Shown piece by piece: positions 45,995 to 54,809 of a stretch of DNA of 64,000 nt. Location: the IMG/VR virus record IMGVR_UViG_3300049460_000312, positions 186,001 to 250,000 of that record; one strand, given 5' to 3'. Every line of letters starts with the position of its first letter. The stretch's first letter is position 1. The notes below the pieces were generated by a model. It did no database searches. It worked only from the letters and a program-made list of their open reading frames with translations, and was not told where the DNA came from. A program made the translations under genes and the position numbers.

Positions 45995-46111
45995 TTAGGA
46001 GAAAGCCTTGAGTAAACCCACGATAATCACCTCGACAATGATGCAGGCTAACAGCAAGTCATCGAGGTCACACGAGGGTTCGTTCCAGGGTTCGTTCGGA
46101 TCTTCGACCAT
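45995..46111 (-). CDS. 38-aa membrane micro-protein
   Basis: MVEDPNEPWNEPSCDLDDLLLACIIVEVIIVGLLKAFS, just after the upstream stop. Confidence 0.45.
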   Translation of the reverse strand: MVEDPNEPWNEPSCDLDDLLLACIIVEVIIVGLLKAFS

Positions 46112-46115
46112 CGGG

Positions 46116-46823
46116 CTAGTGAACCACTCGGCCAGGCACGTCACCGTACTGCTCGTACGGCGCTTCGTCGAAGTCCTGCTGCTCGATTTCCTGTTCCGAC
46201 TTCCACTGGTATTGCGAATGGAAGCCAATCAGAATTTCCAGCCACCAGACACGGGCAAAGGGCGACGGCGAGATGGCGATCTTGTGCTCAACGCCTGCGT
46301 CGTCGGTCACGAGCAGCACGGGCATCGCCAGCCACTTGTACTTCTCCTTGATCGTGCCCGACTTGTAATCCATCGCGATGCGCAGCTTGTGCTTCTTGAG
46401 GAAGGTGTCCTCGAACTGCTTGTTCAGCTTGAGCGACGAGAAGACGGCTTCCCAGTCTTCCTTTTCCAGCGCGGCCTTGTTCTTCACGCAGGTGATGCCG
46501 AGATTGGCCACCGCGTCACAGAAAGTGAACCAGCGATTGAAACGATCAGCCCACTCCTTGTGGGTGAGCTTGTCCTTGCGCAGCGCCGACTGTTGGTCGC
46601 TGATAATAAACGGCAGAGCTGCTTCGAATTCCGCGCGGTCGAAAATGTAGCCATCAGCTTTCGAACGCTCTTCCTCGATCTGCTTTTGCACCTCTTCGAG
46701 CGTCTGCACGATGCTGTTGTAATGCGGGTCGACTGCGTCCACCGATTCCATTTCTTGTTGCACAGCAGAGATGCCGGCTTCGATGTCAGCCTGGACGTCG
46801 TCGGGAATCTTTGAATCAGACAT
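46116..46823 (-). CDS. Hypothetical protein
   Basis: 235 aa, acidic, with RBS. Confidence 0.7.
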   Translation of the reverse strand: MSDSKIPDDVQADIEAGISAVQQEMESVDAVDPHYNSIVQTLEEVQKQIEEERSKADGYIFDRAEFEAALPFIISDQQSALRKDKLTHKEWADRFNRWFTFCDAVANLGITCVKNKAALEKEDWEAVFSSLKLNKQFEDTFLKKHKLRIAMDYKSGTIKEKYKWLAMPVLLVTDDAGVEHKIAISPSPFARVWWLEILIGFHSQYQWKSEQEIEQQDFDEAPYEQYGDVPGRVVH

Positions 46824-46948
46824 GGTGTACTCGGATTAGTTTGAGAGAGATGTTACGAAGGATATAGCTCGGGGTAAAAAGCGGCATAAAGAGGGAATCC
46901 AGCGACTCCCTCTTTGAATGTTTTGGTCTTTCCCGTAAAAGTGCGTTG

Positions 46949-47299
46949 TTATTGCTGATCCGTCATTTCCACGACGATATCAAACCCCGGGGCACGAACC
47001 AACGCGCAAGCTCGAATGTGCGGCGTGCTGTGATGCGTGACCAGCTCTAGACCAGTTTCGTGGCAGAAGGTCAGCAGCGCTGACAGTCTGACCGCTTTAG
47101 TTTGCGGCTCGATGAAGGTATTCTTCATCGCTTCCAACAACTGGCCTTTTTTCTGATTGAAGGCGACGGTCTGCCCGGCCTTGTTGCGATTACGCGACAG
47201 GACGAGTCTATTACCATCTTGAGAGACAACCGTCGACTGGGAGACGAACATATCAAATTCGTCGATCAGTCGCGCACACTGTCGATATGCTGCGTCCAT
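46949..47299 (-). CDS. Hypothetical protein
   Basis: RBS TAGGAG. Confidence 0.6.
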   Translation of the reverse strand: MDAAYRQCARLIDEFDMFVSQSTVVSQDGNRLVLSRNRNKAGQTVAFNQKKGQLLEAMKNTFIEPQTKAVRLSALLTFCHETGLELVTHHSTPHIRACALVRAPGFDIVVEMTDQQ

Positions 47300-47397
47300 T
47301 TTTTATTAACTCCTACGCAGTTGGTCTTAACTGCATAAGATGGACAGCATAAAGCGCAGGCCGAAACCCGCGCTTTATTGACAGGCGAGCGACTCGC

Positions 47398-47772
47398 TTA
47401 GAACGTTCCCCAGAAGGCTTTCTCGGGGAGATGCTTTGCCCATTTGCTATCAAACAGACAGTTGGGCGGCGCATCAGCAAACAACGGTGCGATCTGCACA
47501 TCGCGGAAACCCGCGTAACCACAGCCGATCCGAGTGACGTGGAAAATCCTCAGGGGATGCTGGCGAGCGTAATCCAGAAACTTTCTCACGTTCCAGCTCA
47601 CTTCCTGCAAAGACAGACTCTTGCTCCAGTCGTAGTCCTTGGTGGGAATCGCGTAACTGTTGCCTTGCGGGCCCGCGCCATTGCCTTGGAATGCACCGTA
47701 GTGTTCGACCGCAGCAAGCGCCGCGCCCGCGCCGTGGTGGCCGCTCATGTTGGAACCGAAGACGAAGATCAT
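47398..47772 (-). CDS. Macrodomain-like phage protein (IFVFGSN family)
   Basis: IFVFGSNxxGxHGAGAA, GxxGNSYAIPT and TRIGCGYAG motifs. Confidence 0.7.
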   Translation of the reverse strand: MIFVFGSNMSGHHGAGAALAAVEHYGAFQGNGAGPQGNSYAIPTKDYDWSKSLSLQEVSWNVRKFLDYARQHPLRIFHVTRIGCGYAGFRDVQIAPLFADAPPNCLFDSKWAKHLPEKAFWGTF

Positions 47773-47784
47773 GAGTGATTCTCC

Positions 47785-48387
47785 TTAAACCATCGGGTTC
47801 TGGGTGCCGACTTGCTTGTCGTACTTGCCACCCCGGTCCTTGTAGCTGACCGTGCATTGTGCATCCGTCTTGTTAAAGAGCAGCTGCGCGATCCCCTGAT
47901 CGACGTAGATCTTGGAGTGGGTATTCGTCGAGTTGACGATCTCCACCACCAGGTTGCCTTCCCAGGTCGGCTCCAGCGGCGTCACCAGCGGGAACACGCC
48001 AATGCGAGCATACGTGCTCTTACCCAGACACGTCACCAGGATGTCACGCGGGATCTTGAAATACTCACGTGTGTGACCGAGCATCATGCTGTTCGGGGGC
48101 AGCACCACGTATTCCAGCCCGTCGTCGTCGACACACAGCTTCGGCTCCGTGTAGACATCCACGTTCAGCTTGCGCGCGTCCGAGAGCACACCGTTCAGGT
48201 TCGTGAACAGCTTCAGGTCGTGCGGGGAAAGGACGATATCGTAACCATACGACGACACGCCGTAGGACAGGATCTTCTGGACGCCCTTGGGGGTTTCTTT
48301 GGTTTTGACCGATTCCCGTTCAAACGGGTAGATCATGTTTTCTTCTTCGCAGCGTTTGATAATCTGCCAGTCAGCGAGCATGGACAT
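47785..48387 (-). CDS. dcd: dCTP deaminase
   Basis: SYGVSSYGYD, GKSTYARIG, TPLEPTWEGNLVVE and GIAQLLF motifs. Confidence 0.93.
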   Translation of the reverse strand: MSMLADWQIIKRCEEENMIYPFERESVKTKETPKGVQKILSYGVSSYGYDIVLSPHDLKLFTNLNGVLSDARKLNVDVYTEPKLCVDDDGLEYVVLPPNSMMLGHTREYFKIPRDILVTCLGKSTYARIGVFPLVTPLEPTWEGNLVVEIVNSTNTHSKIYVDQGIAQLLFNKTDAQCTVSYKDRGGKYDKQVGTQNPMV

Positions 48388-48412
48388 ACGTGGCTTCTTT
48401 CAGGAGAGAGGG

Positions 48413-48931
48413 TTAGCGGTTAAGTCGGGCGAGTACAGCTTTCGCCAGATCGGTGAAGGCCTTGCAGTCTTCTTCGGTAAGGAAACGGCTGAACGAGCAG
48501 GTGACGTCTTCCAGCTCATGGCGGTAATACACCTTGGCGGTGAGCAGGTTCACGTGATCAAACTCGACAAGCGAGTCAAACTGCGGGCGCAGATGGATGC
48601 CCTTGGTCTGTTCGATGAACCAGCAGTTGTTCAGCTCGACCCGGCGACGCCCTTCACAGGTGTCGTTAAAGTGCTTGACGAGCATCCCTGCGGTTTCCGG
48701 AATGATCAGCGTCGAGGTCTTGCTTTCGTACGGTGTGCCCTTCAGGGCGAAGTCACGGTGGATCTGTCGCACCGCTTCCTCGTATTCGAGCTTGTTGAAG
48801 TAGGCGAGCGCAATCGCCTGCGTGTGCAGGGCAGTGGCGAGGTGGCCACGGGCGAAGAAATTGTCTTCGTTGCTGGGCGTGTGGTTAAGCTTTTCCTGCA
48901 GGGAATGAATCAGCAATGCATTGGAAGTCAT
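48413..48931 (-). CDS. Hypothetical protein
   Basis: First gene after the promoter at 48986. Confidence 0.65.
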   Translation of the reverse strand: MTSNALLIHSLQEKLNHTPSNEDNFFARGHLATALHTQAIALAYFNKLEYEEAVRQIHRDFALKGTPYESKTSTLIIPETAGMLVKHFNDTCEGRRRVELNNCWFIEQTKGIHLRPQFDSLVEFDHVNLLTAKVYYRHELEDVTCSFSRFLTEEDCKAFTDLAKAVLARLNR

Positions 48932-48985
48932 GAGAGCCTCACTAAGTGGGGGAAAGGGGTTTGTGACAAAGCCCTGTCTACGTTA

Positions 48986-48993
48986 GTAATATG
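48986..48993 (-). promoter_or_regulatory. Early promoter core (CATATTAC)
   Basis: Heads the dcd/macro operon, after a terminator. Confidence 0.6.
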
Positions 48994-49095
48994 TCGCCAA
49001 AGAATTCTAGACTTCACTTGTACATGCCATGGTTCTAGCAGGTAAAAAGTTTATAGCAGCATAGAGCGGGGCTTTTGGCCCCGCTCCTTATGCCG

Positions 49096-50901
49096 TTACA
49101 GCGCCGTAATCGTGCCGTCTGTGTTCAGCTGGTAATACGCACTATCCACTGTGCTCTGAACCTTTCGAGGCGATCCGTAAAAGTCATGGGGCTTCAATCC
49201 CACGATTTCCTGGATCGTGCCACTCTTGTACGCATACACCTTGCTGGTCTGCGCGTCAATGATGACGGTGCCCGGATTCGCTGGCGCGGCTGCTACCGCC
49301 GTCGCCGTCAAGGCCGACGTCTTGTAGAGCTTCCCAGTGAGACCTTCCACGGTTTGCAGCTTGCCATCACGCAGAGACTGCAGGAATGCCACGTTCATAG
49401 CGAGCGAGAGCTTCTGCGGCATCAACCCAGGCGGTAAGGTAGCGCTGAGGCTATTGAAGATCTGCACTGCCACATTCCCGCCAGGTGACAAACCAAACAG
49501 GGTACGGGCTTCTGCCATCAGCTGGGCCAAGGACACCTTGCCTGCTCGGAAGGTCAATTCCGGTCGTACCACCGTACTGGCCTTGTTATACGAGAAGGGC
49601 ACCCCAATGGCCTGAGTAATCACATCCCCATTCTTCATGGGCGTATTGCCCGCTGCGCCCGCATACCAGTAGGTGTAGGCCACACCACCTGAGTAATACT
49701 GCTCGCCGATGCGCTTGCCATTGAGCAGAATCTCGCCCCACACCGTACCCAGCGTGGAACCATCCAGATTCATCGACATATTGGCCTTCCCCAGGAAAGA
49801 CGCATACGCCTTGCCGCTATTCTGTTCATCCTGGTTTGTCGTCGGATTGCGCGAAGTCGAGAAGACGAATTCCGCGCCCTGGATGTTGTACACATAGCGG
49901 CCGGTGATCACGGACCCATCCGAAAGCGTCGCCAGCACGTTCAGGGTATTCAGACCAGCCGTTGAGACGCTCTGAGAGGGCACGGAGGCGGGCGCATACA
50001 AAGTCGTAGGGGTAACGACGACGATCGACTCCGAGCCGCCTGCAGCGATGTTATCGCTGTCTGCCATGCCTGCATACAGCGGGTGGTCGCCGTAGTGGCT
50101 GCGGATGAAGCCTACGTTCACTGGCACCCGGTCCACGTTCCCCGTCAGATAGGCACCAAACTTCGAGGCGATTGCATTGGCGGTCTTGAAGAACGCCGGG
50201 TCGGTGGTCGCGACATCGGCAATCGACGTCAGGTTGTAGCCGTGGTCAGTGATGATAATAATGCCGTTCCCGTTTTCCCGGTAGGTCACGATATCGTTCA
50301 CTGCTTGCGCTGTAATCCCGGGTGTAGGCTGCCAGTTGGAGCTGAGCATCAGCACACAGGCAAACTGCTCGTAATACGCCAGATTCGGATTGAGCAGGCC
50401 ACCACCATAGTCGTCCGGCGCGAGGAACGTCGGGGTGAAGCCCGCCAGCGCACAGACATTGGTCATGGTGTCGTAAAAGCCGCTACTCGATGCAGCATTA
50501 TTGGCTTTCACCGCATAGTTCGCCGGTGAGATCACATCGCCCATGATCAGGACTTTCTTGTTCCCCGCTGCTACCTTGGAGGGATTGGCCACCCAGTTCA
50601 ACGCGTTATACAGATACTTACAGGCCGGGGTCAACCCCGCAAAGCTCGCCTGGGCCGGGTTCGCTCCATTGTAGAACTTGGGGAAGCCGCCGTCGTACAC
50701 CACCCGCCCGCGCCCGTCTTCCGTGACTGCAATAAACGGATTGGCAGGCGTGAGGGTGTCGTAAGCGATGTACTTGGAAATGGATGGCGCCGCCGCATTC
50801 TTCGTGACTGCGACCTGGGTGATGTCACCACTGAAGGTGAAGGAGATCGTTTGGGGATCGAAGTACGACCCCGGAGCGACGCTAGGCGTAATGGTCCCCA
50901 T
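49096..50901 (-). CDS. Virion/tail-fibre-associated protein
   Basis: 601 aa, beta-rich; GRGRVVYDGGFPKFYN motif recalled from jumbo-phage virion proteins. Confidence 0.6.
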   Translation of the reverse strand: MGTITPSVAPGSYFDPQTISFTFSGDITQVAVTKNAAAPSISKYIAYDTLTPANPFIAVTEDGRGRVVYDGGFPKFYNGANPAQASFAGLTPACKYLYNALNWVANPSKVAAGNKKVLIMGDVISPANYAVKANNAASSSGFYDTMTNVCALAGFTPTFLAPDDYGGGLLNPNLAYYEQFACVLMLSSNWQPTPGITAQAVNDIVTYRENGNGIIIITDHGYNLTSIADVATTDPAFFKTANAIASKFGAYLTGNVDRVPVNVGFIRSHYGDHPLYAGMADSDNIAAGGSESIVVVTPTTLYAPASVPSQSVSTAGLNTLNVLATLSDGSVITGRYVYNIQGAEFVFSTSRNPTTNQDEQNSGKAYASFLGKANMSMNLDGSTLGTVWGEILLNGKRIGEQYYSGGVAYTYWYAGAAGNTPMKNGDVITQAIGVPFSYNKASTVVRPELTFRAGKVSLAQLMAEARTLFGLSPGGNVAVQIFNSLSATLPPGLMPQKLSLAMNVAFLQSLRDGKLQTVEGLTGKLYKTSALTATAVAAAPANPGTVIIDAQTSKVYAYKSGTIQEIVGLKPHDFYGSPRKVQSTVDSAYYQLNTDGTITAL

Positions 50902-50909
50902 GTTTCACC

Positions 50910-51269
50910 TCAGACTTCATTCAGGACAACAAATACCCGGATGATAAACGACAGCGTCGCCGTGTGCTGGTTTACCACCCGTACCTGGCCGGTTTCCTTG
51001 AAGCCGATGCCGGCCACCGCACCCGCCGGCACGTAAAAACCGTTAGTGGGGGAACCTACGTCCGTATCGAGCACATACACTTCAATTTCGGTCTTGGTCA
51101 GGTTGTACTTGGCTGCGTCGGCGCCTAGCGCAGCGGCACAGTCAAAGTCCCACACCTGAGCTGCAGTGAGGTCAGTCTTGGCCACATTGAGATAAGAGCG
51201 CCGCCCATACAGCGCCGCCTTGGACACGAGAATCGCGTCCTTCAGATTAGGGTAAGGTCCGGTAGCCAT
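50910..51269 (-). CDS. Small virion/tail-associated protein
   Basis: Start MATGPY; LDTDVGSPTNGFY motif. Confidence 0.55.
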   Translation of the reverse strand: MATGPYPNLKDAILVSKAALYGRRSYLNVAKTDLTAAQVWDFDCAAALGADAAKYNLTKTEIEVYVLDTDVGSPTNGFYVPAGAVAGIGFKETGQVRVVNQHTATLSFIIRVFVVLNEV

Positions 51270-51415
51270 AACTCGCTTGTCGAAAACAAAAAAAAAATAA
51301 AGACTCACGGGTTGTGAGCCAAACTCATAGTAATCGACGGCATAAAGGGGAGAGGTGTGACCCTCTCCCCCGAGCTTCAAGAACCTACGAGAAAAGCTTA
51401 CACCGATCTACTACG

Positions 51416-51934
51416 TTAAGACAAACGTAAGGTATGCGTGTCCAAAACGTTTTTGACGTGCAAGATGCCACCCAGCGGAACGTGTTGATTGTCCAGACCA
51501 GGGAGTACATTGCCGCTATCCCGGACCACGGGTTCGATATGAGTTTGCCAGAACTCCACCGGACACCCCGCGTACGGCTGAAACTGGTCGCCTTCCAGAA
51601 CTGAGAGGAAAGGCAACTGTCGATCGACGGCTTCGTGAGGGTCACGCAATGCCACCACGTGACGACCCCCACCTACTACCAAATAGTTACTTTCACACAG
51701 CAGTTCGCCACCGATGTAGCCCACCGTCGTACGACAGATGTAATGCATGGGTTGCGTCTTGTACTGGTGAATGAAGTGCGCCCCGCTCTCGTGAAGACTC
51801 TGTAAGAAGTCAAACGCGAGCACTTCTACAAACTTGCACAAACGATTGCGCACGTTGCGATAAAGCATTTCATACTGCTGGAAACGCATCCGGTCCTGCA
51901 TCGTAACGTGACCACAAACTTCGTTGTTGAACAT
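51416..51934 (-). CDS. Hypothetical protein
   Basis: 172 aa ORF followed by a terminator. Confidence 0.55.
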   Translation of the reverse strand: MFNNEVCGHVTMQDRMRFQQYEMLYRNVRNRLCKFVEVLAFDFLQSLHESGAHFIHQYKTQPMHYICRTTVGYIGGELLCESNYLVVGGGRHVVALRDPHEAVDRQLPFLSVLEGDQFQPYAGCPVEFWQTHIEPVVRDSGNVLPGLDNQHVPLGGILHVKNVLDTHTLRLS

Positions 51935-52202
51935 CTCTAGCTACACCTTTCTCTGAGGTTATCGAATAGAAGAGATTTTCAGGCTGGCTTCTTTCCCTGT
52001 CACTATTAGTATCATTTTTATCGTGCTACATTGGCCGTTACTGAATTCTTACGGAAAAACCCTTCCACCAAGATTACTGCTTCCTAGTAAAAAATATATT
52101 TTCCTCATCTTCTTACTTTTGGTTGATCTCCAGCAACGAGGGATGGATTTCGCCTGCCTCCCCAGGACAGGTGTCTATCTTTTTTCCTCGCGCCACCCCC
52201 GA

Positions 52203-52514
52203 TTACCGTGCTATCGTAATGCCCTTCACACGGGTCTTTCTCAACTGCGGTGCTGCCTGGCGTCGAGATGCCAAGCGACGCACTTGATGCGCTTTACGGC
52301 TTTGCTGCGTGCGCACTTCCTTGTTGATGGCATTCACCCACCCCATCTGGGCATGCATCGTGGTGTTTTCGTAACGCGTGTGGCCAGTGGCCCACCAGCT
52401 ACGCCATGACCAATCCTGATCGGCAGCACTGGCTGCTGAAACCAGTGCCCCGAGCTTCTGTCTAAGCATGGTCCGTACGGTGGCTGAGCCACCGATCACG
52501 AGTACGTTACTCAT
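52203..52514 (-). CDS. Basic hypothetical protein
   Basis: Start MSNVL at 52514. Confidence 0.5.
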   Translation of the reverse strand: MSNVLVIGGSATVRTMLRQKLGALVSAASAADQDWSWRSWWATGHTRYENTTMHAQMGWVNAINKEVRTQQSRKAHQVRRLASRRQAAPQLRKTRVKGITIAR

Positions 52515-52596
52515 TTCTTGTTCTTCCTGTTTTGCGAACTGACTTCGGTCCGTACTATGTTCCTCGCGGTATATTCGTGCATATGCACACGGCATA

Positions 52597-52899
52597 CTAG
52601 AGATTGCCAAATGTACCAGCAGGCATCCGCGCTTCAGCTTCGGTCACTGCGCGAGCCAATAGGACCTGCCGGGTAGCACCGGGGGTGGTCAGATAGACGT
52701 GCAGCATCGCCAGTAATTCATCCGGTGTGTACTCGCCTTCGAGCAGGATCACCGGTGTGCTGTCTTGCGTACTGCGCTGATGCCAGAGCGTGTCCGGCGT
52801 CTGGTCATTCCAGTCCGGTAGCGGGTCTTTCGTCGCATTCAGAATCACCCGTGCTTCGTCATCCGTCATCTGCGTGAAATTCATCACGGTCATGATCAT
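52597..52899 (-). CDS. Hypothetical protein
   Basis: RBS TAGGAG. Confidence 0.6.
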   Translation of the reverse strand: MIMTVMNFTQMTDDEARVILNATKDPLPDWNDQTPDTLWHQRSTQDSTPVILLEGEYTPDELLAMLHVYLTTPGATRQVLLARAVTEAEARMPAGTFGNL

Positions 52900-53074
52900 C
52901 TCCTAAGTGAGGTACGAATAAGGCAACAGAGCTGTGTCGTAGGCACAGCTAAAAATGGAAAAGCAAAACCCCCCGTCAGGCTGGACTGGCTGTCTCTACA
53001 ACCGCAAGGTCGTAGAGACGCGTCTCAGAGCAGCAGCAAGCTGCTCCATCGAATAGAGTCGGGAGGTAAAAAAT

Positions 53075-53608
53075 TCAGATCCAGCAGTTCAACTCATCGT
53101 CCCAGAACTTGGTCGCGCGGTACGCGCGTTCGAAGTCATAGCCGTCCCACTCGTGGAACTCCATCATGTCGTGGACTTTGATTCGGTCGTTGTTCAGATA
53201 CACGGCGCGGATCTTGTTGTAACAGCGCACGATGATTTCCGTATCAGGAATCAGCTGACTCAGGGCCAGGGCATCTTGATTGACAGAGAGTGCCGATGCC
53301 CACAGCACGAGCGGTCGTTGATGATGACCTTTGATCGCATTCGTGAGCACGATGAGTTCAAACATCGCCTGATCACCACCGGCCTGACGGGTGAGTACGA
53401 GCTCGTGGCGCTGCTCACGAACCTGACCGCGACTGAGCAGCAAGCGACAGCTCGACGATTGATTGCGCTCGCGTTGCTCAGCGAACTGCTGGCGGGACTG
53501 GGCAATCTGCTCAATGGTGATTTCCAGATCCTTGGCCTTGAGCGTGCTCTCGGGCGTGGTGTCGTGTTCGTACAACTCCGTGGTGCCGGGAAACTTCTTT
53601 CCAAACAT
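53075..53608 (-). CDS. Hypothetical protein
   Basis: RBS TAGGAG, after an early promoter. Confidence 0.7.
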   Translation of the reverse strand: MFGKKFPGTTELYEHDTTPESTLKAKDLEITIEQIAQSRQQFAEQRERNQSSSCRLLLSRGQVREQRHELVLTRQAGGDQAMFELIVLTNAIKGHHQRPLVLWASALSVNQDALALSQLIPDTEIIVRCYNKIRAVYLNNDRIKVHDMMEFHEWDGYDFERAYRATKFWDDELNCWI

Positions 53609-53636
53609 TGTGTTTCTCCTAGGGGTTTACATGTAG

Positions 53637-53644
53637 GTGATATA
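53637..53644 (-). promoter_or_regulatory. Early promoter core (TATATCAC)
   Basis: 29 nt upstream of the ATG, downstream of a terminator. Confidence 0.6.
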
Positions 53645-53705
53645 TGGTCAGAAGAAGTTAGAAATGGCTCGACGGCATAAAAGCCAGCCCGTAGGCCGGC
53701 TTTTA

Positions 53706-53930
53706 TTAGTAGTAGACTCGCTCGGCCCACCAGCCCATGTTGTCGATACCGCCGCCAGACGGATTCAGACGAATCTGGATACGGATGTCTTTCGACAGTT
53801 CCTTCAGGTCATCCGTGATACCACTGGCAATCAACAACACGCGGTAACCACGGAACAGCAAGCGCTTGGCGTAAGCGCTGACCTCGGGGGCTTGTGCTTC
53901 AAAGAGTACGACTTTAGGGAGGGGTCGCAT
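53706..53930 (-). CDS. Small hypothetical protein
   Basis: ORF ending at a terminator. Confidence 0.45.
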   Translation of the reverse strand: MRPLPKVVLFEAQAPEVSAYAKRLLFRGYRVLLIASGITDDLKELSKDIRIQIRLNPSGGGIDNMGWWAERVYY

Positions 53931-53960
53931 GATGGTAGATAAAGGTGATGGAACACACCA

Positions 53961-54395
53961 TTAAGTCATCGCCACGCCATTGAGCAGATAGATCTCCCAC
54001 TCGGATTCGACGTAGAAGACCTTACCTGTCGCGAGTGTGATGAACATCCGGCCCGAGCCCTTGTCTTTAACGGGAGCGTGTGCGGCATCCGCCACCCAGG
54101 CGCTGCCGTTGTACGAGTACGCCACCTGGTTAGGTACATCGTAAATGATATCCGTTGGCGTCGCGGCTGCCTGGGCGTTCGTCAGTTCCGTCGACGAGGT
54201 AATGAAAAACGCCGGTTGCAGAGCGAAGTCGAACTTCAGCTGGTTGGTGCCATCCACTGCGATAAAACCAATCTTGCCGGCAGCCCCTGACTGAATCGTC
54301 TTGTCACGAGCCGTATTGAAAGCGGTTTCAGCAGCGAGCGCGTTAGCCCCATCGGCCAATTGCTTGCCGTTGATATTGGGATACGGAACAGCCAT
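53961..54395 (-). CDS. Tail-fibre-associated small protein
   Basis: Shares a C-terminal IYD..(W/Y)..GS.W..GR module with neighbours. Confidence 0.55.
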   Translation of the reverse strand: MAVPYPNINGKQLADGANALAAETAFNTARDKTIQSGAAGKIGFIAVDGTNQLKFDFALQPAFFITSSTELTNAQAAATPTDIIYDVPNQVAYSYNGSAWVADAAHAPVKDKGSGRMFITLATGKVFYVESEWEIYLLNGVAMT

Positions 54396-54398
54396 CTC

Positions 54399-54809
54399 TT
54401 AACTCCCTGCGTGAATGACGATGGTGTTGCCAGTCTGGGTATAGCCCAGCACACCGTTGCTGCAGTAGACAAAGCGACCCGGTCCTACGTCGGCGAGTAG
54501 CCGGTTGCCAGTCACCTTGACCCAGGAACCACCACTCCAATCCCAGCGACTGCCGTCACGCAGATCGTAGATAGACCCGCCTGGGCCCGCCTGCTCGCGT
54601 GCTTTCGCATCGGCGAGCTGGGTATCGGTGAGGATAAATTCCCCCAGCGCTACCAGCCCGCCTGCTACCAGGGTCTTGCTCGCATCGCCTTTGGTAAAAT
54701 ACGTGGCGCTCACACCCAGGGCCGGCACATTAGCTGCGTGATACGTCGCTGCTCGTGACTGAATAGCCGTGGCTGTGGTGCTTGAGAGTACTGTTTTATT
54801 GGAAAGCAT
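54399..54809 (-). CDS. Tail-fibre-associated small protein
   Basis: TAATG coupling; same C-terminal module. Confidence 0.55.
   Translation of the reverse strand: MLSNKTVLSSTTATAIQSRAATYHAANVPALGVSATYFTKGDASKTLVAGGLVALGEFILTDTQLADAKAREQAGPGGSIYDLRDGSRWDWSGGSWVKVTGNRLLADVGPGRFVYCSNGVLGYTQTGNTIVIHAGS

Noticed and set aside
52023-52409. + strand 128-aa ORF with a hydrophobic stretch
   Set aside because: Starts in an AT-rich intergenic region with no RBS and overlaps a better minus-strand gene.
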